From Eledone cirrhosa (lineage: Eukaryota): a stretch of 64,000 nucleotides of DNA. This document shows positions 1 to 14,966 of the stretch, piece after piece. The notes under the pieces are model-generated. The model worked only from the letters and a program-made list of their open reading frames with translations, ran no database searches and was not told the DNA's origin. Positions within the stretch are counted from its first letter, which is position 1; the number at the start of each line of letters is the position of its first letter. Location of the stretch: assembly GCA_964016885.1 (NCBI GenBank), contig OZ024745.1, forward strand, positions 45,942,001-46,006,000, given 5' to 3'. The position numbers and the translations under genes are program-made.

Positions 1-77
1 AGAAGTATCTTTAAGTGCCAATAGGACCGAAATCTTAGTAATTATTACATCTTTCACCAAATAAATAATGAGGTGAT

Positions 78-133
<56 letters not shown>

Positions 134-215
134 TATATTCATATATATATATGTGTGTGTATCTATTTGTGTGTTTGTGTTGAGATATTTATGTATGTGT
201 AAATATCTGTATATC

Positions 216-342
<127 letters not shown>

Positions 343-601
343 GTATATTATTTATGTGTGCATATGTATTTCTGTTTTCAGGTTTTCAGTGTATGTTGGT
401 GGAGTGTTTCAATATATACCCATACTCCTCTGTATCTGGACAGTGACCGTTTGTGGTAAATCTACTGGCCACTATTACCTCAACAACAGCAATACAAACT
501 ACTATAGACCCCACCCACACTGCAGCACCACTACACCAAACATAAATAGAGATTAAAAACAAAACAAAAATAAATCAAAGAAAAAACTAAAGGAAAACAG
601 A

Positions 602-602
<1 letters not shown>

Positions 603-654
<52 letters not shown>

Positions 655-929
655 TAACAATAATAATATTAATAATAAAAATAATAAAAATAAAATAATA
701 ATGATAATAATATTAATAATAATAATAATGACAATAATAATAATAAAAATAATAATGACAATAATGATAATAACAATGATAATAATGGTGTATACAGCAA
801 CACTAGCTACAGAGGCAACAATAGTAGCTTTTAACGTTATGCTTGCAGTGCTGTTGGTCAGTGTTACGAAAGACAAGAGCAGCAGCAGCAGCAGCAAAAA
901 CAGCAGCAACAACATCAGCAGCAGCACCG

Positions 930-960
<31 letters not shown>

Positions 961-985
961 CAGCAATATCAACAGCAGCAAGCAA
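603..985. repeat. (AAT)n and (AGC)n trinucleotide microsatellite block
   Basis: aataataat... 603-790 and agcagcagc... about 877-985; explains the poly-L/I/S/A ORFs. Confidence 0.95.
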
Positions 986-1499
986 TAAACAGCATCACCA
1001 GCAACAAGAGTAGTAGCAGGAAAGAGTATGAAGATAACCACAAAAACAAATAAGCAGTGGTGAAAGCAACAGAGAACGTTTTTTTGTTTTGTGATGGAGA
1101 AAAAAACTGCAATTCATAAAAAAAAATAAAAATAAATAAAAAAAAAACCCACGCCGGCAGCTTTGTGAAGCGGTCACAGTTCGGACAACAACAACAACCA
1201 CAACAACAACAACAACCACAACAACAACAACAATAACATCTACAAGAGCAGCAGTAAAAATGACAATAATAAAAACAGTAATAGCAACAATTAACAAATA
1301 GTGAACATTATATACAGTCGTTCAAGTATATACACACATGCACAAATACACACATGCACAAATACACACATGCACAAATACACACATGCACAAATACACA
1401 CATGCACAAATACACACATGCAAGCACACCCACTCATTCATATTTATATCATAGTTGCATTCATACAGCCGTATGATGTATGTGTAGGCATATATAATA

Positions 1500-1621
<122 letters not shown>

Positions 1622-1760
1622 ATATATATATATATATGTATGTATATATATATGTATATACCTTGTGTGGGTGGGTGTATGTGTATGTATGTATATAAGT
1701 ATATACATATATATATATATATATATATACATATATACATGTGTGTCTATATATATACAT

Positions 1761-1834
<74 letters not shown>

Positions 1835-1889
1835 TGTGTGTGTACTGGAAGTTTCTACAATTTTATTCAATAAATACAACTTACCTAAT

Positions 1890-2005
<116 letters not shown>

Positions 2006-2207
2006 AGATTTGTGTATATATGTATGTATATGCGTGTTTGTATGTATGTCTGTGTATTGAGCAGAGATAAACAAAATTACGTATTCATGCTTCCATACAC
2101 ACAGCCAATAATCACTTCAAGATGTATTATTCAAACAATTTCACAATCTTACTACACGAGTTATACCTGCATAGATGGACTTTCACCCAGTGATCTATGT
2201 TAACATT

Positions 2208-2282
<75 letters not shown>

Positions 2283-2337
2283 CTGATGGTAGCTAAGATG
2301 CTTCCATAGGCGGTATGCCGGTTGAGCACTCTATTCT

Positions 2338-2418
<81 letters not shown>

Positions 2419-2539
2419 GCCCTTTGCGTTCTGAGTTCGAATCCGCCGAGGTTAACTTTACCTTTCATCCTTACGAGGTCGATAAAATAAAGTACCAGTG
2501 GTGCACTAGGGTAATTGCTGGCCTTGTGCCAAAACTAGA

Positions 2540-2543
<4 letters not shown>
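2419..2543 (+). mobile_element. SINE family 1 (tRNA-derived) 3' part
   Basis: TTCTGAGTTCGAATCCGCCGAGGTTAACTTTACCTTTCATCCTTACGAGGTCGATAAAATAAAGTACCAGT, recurring at about 9283(-), 13843(-), 15174(-), 17795(+), 21963(-), 25041(+), 25783(-), 29670(+), 30405(+), 30620(+), 31092(+), 39196(+), 42868(-). Confidence 0.85.
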
Positions 2544-2598
<55 letters not shown>

Positions 2599-2680
2599 TA
2601 TATATGTTTATCCAGGGGTGAGCCACAGTAAGTAAGGTACTCAATACATTTATACAGTATAAATATTTAATATAGAAATG

Positions 2681-2727
2681 GCTTCTACAGGACTAGAACT
2701 GTTTCATTCGGGTGAAATCATCAGGAA
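2681..2727 (-). ncRNA. Type I hammerhead ribozyme motif (family A), truncated in stem I
   Basis: minus strand: TTC-CTGATGA-tTTCacccGAAt-GAAA-CAG ttctagtc CTG-TA-GAA; same family as 44993-45041; abuts (TA)n. Confidence 0.7.
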
Positions 2728-2759
<32 letters not shown>

Positions 2760-3604
2760 CTTGGGGAGGGTCATATTGTTGTAAGGGGTTCAATAAATTA
2801 CTGCTGGTGGTCCCAGAACAAACACTGTAGGCACACAGGCAGAGTGTATATATTAAAAGAAAAAACGATAAAGTTTCGTTTACATGTATTTAGATTTCTA
2901 TTGTGTATCGACCTGTTACGCACGTTTCTTTTTATATACATATATGTGTGTGTGATTGTATATATATGTATATGTATATAATGATCAGAGGTCGTGAAAT
3001 AATTACAGAGCCTGTGAGGTTGATATTCAATATTTTATTTATTAATAATTCTGATACGTGTTTTGTTATAATTGCATGCGTCTGCGTACGCTATATATAT
3101 ACATATATATATACATATATACATATATATATATGTGTGTGTGTGTGTGTATGTGTGTGTTTGTGTGTGTAGTATATGGATGACATTTTTACTAATTAAT
3201 ACCATTAAGATCATTAGTCAACTTAGCCCTCTATACTGCGGGAATACAGATTGTAGATATTATCACTGGGCGACTTTGTCAGGCGGTTAAGTTTAGTGAG
3301 TGCTTTTGTCTCTTTACGGATGTGTTTGTCTATAAACTGTGACTAAGGGTGATGTGATAGACTAAATCAAAGCGATGTACCAGCATGGCCGCAGTCAACT
3401 GACTGGAACCAGTAAAACAGTAGGATGAAAGAAAAGAAACATGCATATCAACAAGTACACCTGCACACGATAAAAGGAGATAACTGTGTATGTAGTGTCC
3501 CAGCTGTCATCCAGGTGTTTCTTTTAATATATCTAAATTGTTTATATGTATGTGTACATGCGCCTGTGTTTGTATGTAGATCACTATATATACATATATA
3601 TATA

Positions 3605-4340
3605 CAGTGGCGGACTGGCCAGGTTGCCAGTTACCCAATGGCAAGTGGGCCCACGGTAGCATTGCAAGAGCCCACAGTAGCATTGCAGGGCCCACTGTAG
3701 TATTTTAGGGGCCAGCGCTTTGCTTTAAAAAAATACCATTAAGAAAGACATGTTTTAAAAATTTTGAAAGTAGGTTTATAAGTATGAATTTTCACAAGGT
3801 TTTTGTAGTCGTCTATCTGGTCGGTGCTAAAGACGGTGAAGATCCAGGTCTTGGGTTCAATCCTGGTCAAGAGGTACATTTAACGTTTTTCAGTTTTTAT
3901 TTTAAAACCAAAAGAAAAAAACTGAAAAGGTTTACCTGGAATCCTACTCCCGACCAGGATCGAACTTCAGACCAGGATCACCACTGTCCATTAGTTCTCG
4001 ACGTAGGCCACCCAGACAGCTACAAAGTACAAAGGTACAATGAAAATTGATAATTATAAACCTACTTTCAAAATCAAAGTTAAAAAGATGTCGTTCATGG
4101 CTTTCCTAGAGCTATTAGTAATATTTAGGGTCGACTTCTGGTCATTATTGAAAGTCTCTAGATTTCGCAAAATACATAATATTTTTTATTGAAGAAGGTA
4201 AGATATTTTTCCGCAAAAATTTGAATGCACTCTTTTGTTTACACTTATGTATTTTTCGAAAATATTATTTATTCATTATAAAAATTAAATGATAGGTGCC
4301 CCCTTCATCTGGCAATATTTTTAGGCCCAGTCCGCCACTG
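3605..4340. mobile_element. Non-autonomous TIR DNA transposon (hAT-like CAGTGGCG ends) in TA repeat
   Basis: TIRs CAGTGGCGGACTGG / CCAGTCCGCCACTG flanked by TATA; internal inverted repeat about 3760-4075. Confidence 0.75.
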
Positions 4341-4351
4341 TATATATATAT

Positions 4352-4490
4352 AAGAAACGGAGAATCAGTGGTGCGACGAATAAGATTTATTAGACATTTT
4401 ACAATCGTTTCTCTGGCGACCAACTCGAGGCCCGATCGATGTAATGAACGAACCTGACTCTGAAATCGTAAGATCCAAAAAGCTTCAGAT
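4352..4490 (-). mobile_element. PLE-type terminal repeat with disrupted hammerhead (family I)
   Basis: reverse complement matches 56760-56886; retains GAAA-CGATTG-TA but the CNGANGA core is disrupted. Confidence 0.65.
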
Positions 4491-4522
4491 TTTGATATGT
4501 ATGTATGCTTACTACTAAAACA

Positions 4523-4592
<70 letters not shown>

Positions 4593-4604
4593 TATACAAG
4601 CTTA

Positions 4605-4659
<55 letters not shown>

Positions 4660-5360
4660 TATATATATTATGTACATATACATTTTTATATATACACTCA
4701 CAGACACATCCCTGGAGAGAAGATGGGCTCTGCCAGGTTTAAAATGGCCCTAGAAATGCCATATGTCAATACTGCACCTCAACGACTCCCTAAAGAGTTA
4801 TGGGACCATGCATTCTATGTATGCATTTATATATGGGGGGGGGGGCTCTGCGTGCTTGGATATGTACGTATGTTTGTATGTATCAAGAACAATTGTTTTA
4901 CGAGGCGTTGAATAAATTTTAACATTAAAAGTATGTTAACTAATCATAAGCTGCCTCAACGCATGTAAACTCCTTGACACGAAAAATGTGGAAGAGTCGC
5001 CTGTGGAAAACCAATTTAACTCTGCTGTATGCCGGACAACTCACACGTTATTAATCAAACGATACTTGTATCAGCTTGCTTTATACTAACATATTTTAAA
5101 ATTCAAATCTGCTCAACACATCGTAAAACGATCGGTTTTTACTTTACATCTCCTGACTGAAAATCAAGGCTTAAATATGATGAGTAAGGAGTCAGTCTTG
5201 CTTTGGTGTAATGGTAACGCAGTCATCCGTCATACGGCAATTCTAAGTCCGATTCCCACAGATGACACCTCCCATGTTTTTTTTCTTTCTGATAAATCTA
5301 ACATAATTTCAAGATATGTATAATTCTTAACACACACACACGGACACCCATGCACGCACG

Positions 5361-5468
<108 letters not shown>

Positions 5469-5609
5469 ACTGAACTTCTTATGCACCAAAGCCAGATTCA
5501 ACAGCTTTCCAAGAGATGGCGACCTGAATAAATCTGTTTATTTGTTTTTTGTTATGTTTTTCTCAAATACATTTGTTGCTGCCACTGCTCACTCTCTTCT
5601 ATCATTCTA

Positions 5610-5646
5610 TTTTCTGATGAAAGACTAACGTCCGAAACGTTAAGAC
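5610..5646 (+). ncRNA. Minimal hammerhead-like motif (family B)
   Basis: tttt-CTGATGA-aaGACtaacGTCc-GAAA-CG-TT-aaga; degenerate relatives on the minus strand at about 20825-20860 and 21155-21185. Confidence 0.5.
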
Positions 5647-5728
5647 TCTTTTTCTACTATATCAAGCGTAAAATAGTATATTTCTTCATTGTACTATGTC
5701 ATTTGCTTTATTATTTCTGTTTGCTTTT

Positions 5729-5763
<35 letters not shown>

Positions 5764-5766
<3 letters not shown>

Positions 5767-5907
5767 AACAAGTAAGACCCCGACGGCTGAGCTCAAGCCG
5801 TTTCGACGGCTAATTCTGGACTGAATTCAGTTACCCACTCTACTACCATAAGTATTGAGTACTTTGGTGCGTTATGGTCCACCTGGTTCCTTACCACATT
5901 TCCTTCG

Positions 5908-5910
<3 letters not shown>
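5764..5910 (+). mobile_element. TA-flanked fold-back element, family D (half-hammerhead)
   Basis: shared core GACCCCGACGGCTGAGCTCAAGCCGTTTC and tail ...GGTCCACCTGGTTCCTTACCACATTTCCTTCGTTA(TA)n; other copies 14208-14381, 24450-24631, 45226-45461, 48580-48719. Confidence 0.8.
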
Positions 5911-5968
<58 letters not shown>

Positions 5969-6162
5969 CCTGAGTCCAACCATGTTTGCTGCTATGGCAA
6001 TGCGGCTGGACTGCCGATCGCTATATTTGATTTCCAAAGCTGTCTGAACGTATTGTTATTACTCTGGGGTACTATTCCCTATCCAGTGCTAAACCTACAT
6101 ACCGAATTTGCATTCGTTAGTTTGGCCACAACCTAAAGCTTCGTTAATGCTGTACTAAAATT

Positions 6163-6279
<117 letters not shown>

Positions 6280-6325
6280 GAAAAGTATAGAAATTATTGT
6301 AGCAAGAAGCCAACAGTATTCCATA

Positions 6326-6420
<95 letters not shown>

Positions 6421-6460
6421 TAAATAAAAGTCAAATGATTAAAATTTAGCATCGTTTATT

Positions 6461-6515
6461 ACTGCTATATATATTTCAGTGACAGCCATCTTTGGCTGTG
6501 ACCTCTTCAGGCAGT
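6461..6515 (-). ncRNA. Type I hammerhead ribozyme (family C)
   Basis: minus: ACTGC-CTGAAGA-ggtcacagccaaagatggctgtcact-GAAA-TATATA-TA-GCAGT. Confidence 0.85.
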
Positions 6516-6582
6516 TTGAATTAGTATGGTATAGACAAGTACATATGTTGTTTAGGTGTATACAACCAACATAAACTCAAAA

Positions 6583-6618
<36 letters not shown>

Positions 6619-7096
6619 CATATATATATATATATATATGGTAGTTTTTAAAAAGTCTGCATGACTAAGTCTTTAGAATATGAATTCAAAATGTGTGGGC
6701 TTTTTTGAAACTATCATATAATATAGACACTACACCGCCCTCTGTTCTCCCTGCTTACCTTTTCTGTACCCCGGTGTCATTCTTCTTTGTCTGCACGTTG
6801 GACTACAGTCCTTATTATTCTCTTCTTCGCTACTATTTTTCTCCTTTGGCTAAGCCCTCCCGCACTATTCTCTCCCTTCTTTATCAGTTGACGCACTTAG
6901 GATGCTTCTTGTTCGATATTTATATAATTTATCGGAAGGTATAACTTGGCTCTATCTGCTCTGTTGTGTTCCAATGTGCACTGGAAGGATCAGTATCAAC
7001 CAAAAAATCGAAACCATAGTGATATCCAGAGGTTTGACTGAGGAGATGAGATTGTCCGTCTATCCGTTTTTAACTTTGTCTTTGTTCTGTTCTCTC

Positions 7097-7336
<240 letters not shown>

Positions 7337-7362
7337 GTGTGTGTATCTATCTCTCTCCCTCG

Positions 7363-7408
<46 letters not shown>

Positions 7409-7410
7409 AT

Positions 7411-7442
<32 letters not shown>

Positions 7443-7715
7443 CTCAGGTATCTATCTGTAAAGCCAATGTCGTAGAAATCGATGTAGTACGGAACTAAAA
7501 ATTCCAACGAGATCAGGTGTTAAGAGTTTTTGATTTTGATTATTTCTAACAAAGACTGAGATAGATCTAGAGTATCGAGACTAATAATATGGTCTTGCAT
7601 AATTACTATCGATTAGTAACTATATCGATTTACCATGGTATGATTTATCATACATTCTGAAACGGTCGTAAAACAATGAATTAATTAAGAACTAAACTTT
7701 GCCTTTCGATTTCAC

Positions 7716-7819
<104 letters not shown>

Positions 7820-7870
7820 ATGGAGTAAAACACTTTAACATGTGTATTTGTCTCTACCACACCAATTCGG

Positions 7871-7925
7871 ACTGCCTGAAGAGGTCACAGCCAATGATGG
7901 CTGTCACCGAAATATATATAGCAGT
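7871..7925 (+). ncRNA. Type I hammerhead ribozyme (family C)
   Basis: ACTGC-CTGAAGA-GGTCACAGCCA atga TGGCTGTCACC-GAAA-TATATA-TA-GCAGT; 5-bp stem I, long stem II, palindromic stem III. Confidence 0.9.
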
Positions 7926-8175
7926 ACATCTTTAATAAACGAAGCCAAATTTTAAATATTTGACTTAATTATTTTGTTTTATTTTATTTTATTTTATTTT
8001 ACATTACTCCGGAGTAACCAAACCAACCTGCGTACTTCGTTGACTGCTCCAATCTGCATACTGAGGTGTCGGTAAACAACCAACATATACTCAATATATA
8101 TATATATATATATATATACAGTATATACATATGTGTCTGTGTGTGTGCGTGTGTTGGGGGGGGGGGGGGGGTATG

Positions 8176-8206
<31 letters not shown>

Positions 8207-9632
8207 TTGTGTGTATGCATTTGATAGTCTTTAATCAGAATTTTCCGAAATTATTTTCAATGGGATGATTTTCATATATCTCAGATGTTTGTTTTTATAT
8301 ATATATATTTTATATTTCTGTCGAACAGCTTCGCGTTCAACATACAGTCCTCATTTATGTAAAAGTGATTTTTCCTATGAATGTGAAATTATATTCATTT
8401 GTTAATAAAAATGAAACCAATTGTAGTCGAGCACTGGACAAAGATTTTCAGAATTGCTTTAACAATATTGTATTCATTTGTTTCAAATGCTTCATGCTAG
8501 ATCAAATCTATTTTTTGTTCATTTGCATAAAAAAAAGAAAGTCGTAATGTCATTGGTTTCTTCGTTTCCATCTTATAATTCGTTTGATAAAGTATGTAAA
8601 TAGGTAGATACGTAACTTAATAAGGATTTCCCTATTTGTTCAGTGTGAGTTAGTTCTTCTAACCGATCGAGCGACCACACCTTTTCAATCTTTGACGACT
8701 AGCAGCAAACACCAGACAATATGCTTCATTAGAATTATTTACTTAATAACTTTCAATCATATGAATTTTTCTAAAATTATTTCACACTTTTTTACATTTT
8801 CGATCTTGTTAAAATTATATTTTAAAAGTGTGTGGGGGGGGGGGGGGGGTGATAAGTGATTTCATAGAAGATTTTTCGCTATTTAATTAGAAAGGTTTTT
8901 AAAAAGAGGTGTGTTATGGATGGGTATAAAACAAAAGTGTAAAAATGAAAGAGTCGTGTAACTCACGTCGTTGACAAGCTGAAGAGAAAGTATAACAAGC
9001 CTTTGGGGTTAAACTAAACTGTAAATGTATTTTAAAATACCTTGACAATATACGCTGTATAATGAAATGGGTATCGTTAACTTGATTAGATGTTGGTTCG
9101 AACCCAAATCTCTTCCATCTCATGGGTATGGTCCCGTAGCTCCTGATAGAGTCGTGGGGGGGGGGGGGGGGTACCGTATTGACATATGGCGTTTCTAGGG
9201 CATTTTAAGCCTGTCGGACTCAAACCCTCTCCAGGCCTGAATACAACAGATTTCTTCAAGTGAAGAAGAATCGTCCCCAGTACAAAACTGGTACTTTTTT
9301 TATCGACCACGAAAGGATGAAAGGCAAAGTTGGCGTCGGTGGGATTTCAACAGAGAGCAGAGAATACCGTAAAGCATTCTATCCGACGTTCAATAATAAT
9401 TTCATGGGTACAAATATGAAATTATTCCGAAATCAGAGAAAATTTCTAGTCCTAAACGTTGTGGATAATGGATTACAATGGATAATGGATTAAAATAGAA
9501 TTCATCAATTTTTGGGTAACGTCAACTTAATACTCTAGACTACAGGCAAATAAAAATAAGTGACGTCATTGAGTAGATAGCTAATCATGGCGGGAACACG
9601 TGTCTTTTTTGTTAACACCTATACATACACAC

Positions 9633-9707
<75 letters not shown>

Positions 9708-9807
9708 ATGTATGTATGTATGTATATATATATGTATGTAAAAGGTAAACACAAATAACAACACAATCGGTACTGTATATGAAAGGGATATATTAGGTTA
9801 ACACTTG

Positions 9808-9853
<46 letters not shown>

Positions 9854-10208
9854 GTATATATTAGAGATAGGGGGGAGAGAGAGAGAGAATAAATGAAAGA
9901 AAGAAAGAAAGAAAGAAAGAAATGATATTAGTTAAAAAAATAGTAAAAGAGACAAACAATTCCACTTTACAACCTGACACATCAAGTAAACATTTTCATA
10001 CATGTTAAAATTTCGCCGTTTTATTGCTGTGAAACTTTTTCTTCTTTGTTTTTTATCCTTTAAAATTGTGAAACCGGTATGCAATCTTATAAACATAAAA
10101 AAATATTTAAATCATTTAAAGATCCCAAGTGCATTTTCACCTCCAAAGCCTTTCTTTATAGTCTTACTTGTGTGCAAGTAAAACAATTTCTCTCTTCATC
10201 TCTCTCTG

Positions 10209-10320
<112 letters not shown>

Positions 10321-10367
10321 TCTCTCCCACACTTTTTCTCTCTCTCTCCACACATACATGTTTATAT

Positions 10368-10829
10368 ATGTTGTTATATTTTGGAAGGGTCATGCTGCCA
10401 ATAAAAAAAACACACGCACCAGTTGAGTTTCACTCAGTTTTATTATTAGTTATGTGAATAATCCCCTCCTCGGTTAATTTAGTAAGGATATGGTAATTTA
10501 GTAGTCATATTTAATTATCAAACCTCTTTCGTCACACAATATTTAACATTCCCAATGACTTGCTCCACGGTCTCTCTTATTTGTTTTGATCTTGTTCAAT
10601 TTACGTCGTCTTGTGGTTCTAACAGAAAGATAAGATAGCGTAAATAAAACAAGATCAAAACAAAGAGATGCAACAAAAATCATTGAGAAGGTGACAAAAT
10701 GTGGCATTTAAATAACCATCCAGTTACTAAACTAACCGTAACCACCTAACTAATAATAAAACTGAAGTAAAACATAACAGGTGCGTGTGTTTCTGTTGGC
10801 AGCATGACCCTCCCGAAATATAATAATAT
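10368..10829. mobile_element. Foldback/MITE with long imperfect TIRs
   Basis: TTATATTTTGGAAGGGTCATGCTGCCAA...ACACACGCACC vs GGTGCGTGTGTT...TTGGCAGCATGACCCTCCCGAAATATAA; arms extend about 200 bp. Confidence 0.75.
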
Positions 10830-10896
10830 CTGTTTCAACGCAGAATTTCACGTCAAGAATCTTGAAAAACAAATACATAAATGAAGAATGTATATA

Positions 10897-10994
10897 CAGG
10901 ATGTCCCATAAAAATGTATACACACTTCAACAGCATTCTAATAAATATTGCTTGTACAGGTAATCAAAGTGTGTATACATTTTCGAACACTCTG
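10897..10994. mobile_element. Tc1/mariner-type MITE
   Basis: TA|CAGGATGTCCCATAAAAATGTATACACACTT...AAGTGTGTATACATTTTCGAACACTCTG|TA. Confidence 0.7.
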
Positions 10995-11021
10995 TATGTA
11001 TATTACGTATATAATTATTAA

Positions 11022-11159
11022 GGTGAGTTTCCACAATGGAGCTAAACCAGGAATGTACGTTTCGTTGGCCTAGAGGACCAACTTTTTCAACCTAGGCCGA
11101 TGGAAAGGAACGAACCGGAAATGTATGTTCCTGGTATGGCTCCGTTGTAGCAACTGGCC
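11022..11159. mobile_element. MITE with TTAA flanks (Kolobok- or Harbinger-like)
   Basis: TTAA|GGTGAGTTTCCACAATGGAGC...GCTCCGTTGTAGCAACTGGCC|TTAA; palindromic throughout. Confidence 0.6.
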
Positions 11160-11173
11160 TTAATCATATTACG

Positions 11174-11258
<85 letters not shown>

Positions 11259-11310
11259 GTGTGTGTGTGTGTTTGTGTTTGTGTGTATGTGTGTGTGTGT
11301 GTGTGTGTGC

Positions 11311-11400
<90 letters not shown>

Positions 11401-11551
11401 AAATATATACAGACAGAAAGAGATGGATAGAAAGATCGAGAGTGGAGAGTTAGGTGAAAGTATTTAGCTATTTTTCCATTCATTTCGCCGATATTCGGGC
11501 TTCTCGGTTTTGTCTCATTTTTTTTATTTCTCTTTATATTTTCTTTCACAT

Positions 11552-11646
<95 letters not shown>

Positions 11647-11651
11647 CCTCA

Positions 11652-11684
<33 letters not shown>

Positions 11685-12272
11685 TTACTGTCTGAATAGT
11701 TTGTTCTCTGTCTTTCGTGTGTATGGGTGTTCATACTTATATAAATACATACATACATATATATATATATACACACATACATACATACATACATACATAC
11801 ATACATACATACATACATACATACATACATACATACATACATACATGTAATATATGTGCATATTTTAATGTATTTAAAACTATAAAATATATATTTTAGA
11901 TATTTTCGTTACATGACCATATCATTCTAACCACGTGTGATTATGTCATGGTGTGTATATGCTTACGTATGTATAATACAGTGTGTAGAGAAATATTGAA
12001 TATATGAGTGTGCGAGAGAATTAGTGAGAGAGAAGAGTGATAGTAAAATAGATAAAAACAGTGCGTAGTGAAGTATTGGTGGGAAGAGTGAAGCAGTATT
12101 TCCAATCTTGGCAATTAGTGAGTTATATTCTACAGGTTTCTTCATACATATCTAAAGGGGTTATATAGATAGATAGATGTTTGATGTGTGCTGCGGTCTA
12201 TCCTACTTCCTTCAATAGTTTATCTCAGCTGGGACGCTAAATATCAGCAACAACGCCAAACAGGACACCTAC

Positions 12273-13342
<1,070 letters not shown>

Positions 13343-14124
13343 TGATAGCTACAACAGCAGCAGAAGTAAAAGCTACAATGACAACACCAACACCATCACA
13401 CCATCACCTTCGCCATCATCACCATCACCTTCGTTGTCATTGGCGTCATATTCTTCATCATCATCATCGTTGTCCTATCATCATCATCATCATCATCATC
13501 ATCGTCGTCGTTGTCATTGTCGTCGTCGTTGTCATCATCAAAGAAAACAGCAATAAAAACACGAACCACTGCAACTAATGCTGCTGTCACCATAACGATA
13601 AGAAAGAAATCAGTCTCATGTTGTCATTGAAGAAGAAGAAGAAGAAGAAGAAGAAGAAGAAGAAGAAGAAGAAGAAGAAGAAGAAGAAGACCACCACCAC
13701 CAACGCCGCCACCACCACCACCACCACCACCACCACCACCACCGCCACCACCACCACCACCACCACCACCACCACCACCGCCACCACCACCAACAACAAC
13801 AACAACAAGGTGGGGGTAATGACAAGAAATGTGACAAAGATAATAATTGTTTCTACTTTTGGCACAAGGCCAGCAATTATCCCAGTGCATTACTGGTACT
13901 TTATTTTATCGACCCCCCGTAAGGATGAAAGGCAAAGTCAACCTCGGTGACAAAGATAATAATGAGGAAGAGTAAGAAAAGAAGAGGAATAAAAATGAAG
14001 AAGAAGGAGAAATTGTAGTAAAAAATGGAAAGAAAAACAGAAGGAAAGAACTGCTCCCTGGTTGGTGACATGGACATTTCTTTTCATCTACAATATCTCG
14101 ACATATATCTTAAACCATCCACTC

Positions 14125-14186
<62 letters not shown>

Positions 14187-14207
14187 AAAAATATATATGC
14201 ATATATA

Positions 14208-14494
<287 letters not shown>

Positions 14495-14621
14495 GTGTGT
14501 ACGTGTGTGTATGTGTGTGTGTGAGTGCTATATATATATCTAAGACGCCGACAACAGCCACCCGATCACCCGGTTTCTCTTTATCACCACCACCAATACA
14601 ACTTCAGTTACTATAACCTGG

Positions 14622-14669
<48 letters not shown>

Positions 14670-14719
14670 TATTCAAGTAAAAAAAAGTTGGTTGATCAAA
14701 TAAGCTACCGACTTTATGC

Positions 14720-14760
<41 letters not shown>

Positions 14761-14896
14761 CGTGTGTGTGTGTACGTGCGTGTATGTGTGTGTGTGTGTG
14801 TGTTAAGTATTTCCGTAGAGAAGGTAAAAGAAAGAAGAGTGCTCTATCTATGGCGCAGAGCTATTTAATTACATAATAAACAACACAATATAATTA

Positions 14897-14966
14897 TTCC
14901 ATTACCAAAGGTTTCAGGAAACTAGACGATCCTTATAGAAACGTCCGGCCCGTTCATCAGATGAAA
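14897..14966 (-). ncRNA. Type I hammerhead ribozyme (family F)
   Basis: minus: TTTCAT-CTGATGA-acgggccggacg...cgtctagtttcct-GAAA-CCtttGG-TA-ATGGAA. Confidence 0.65.
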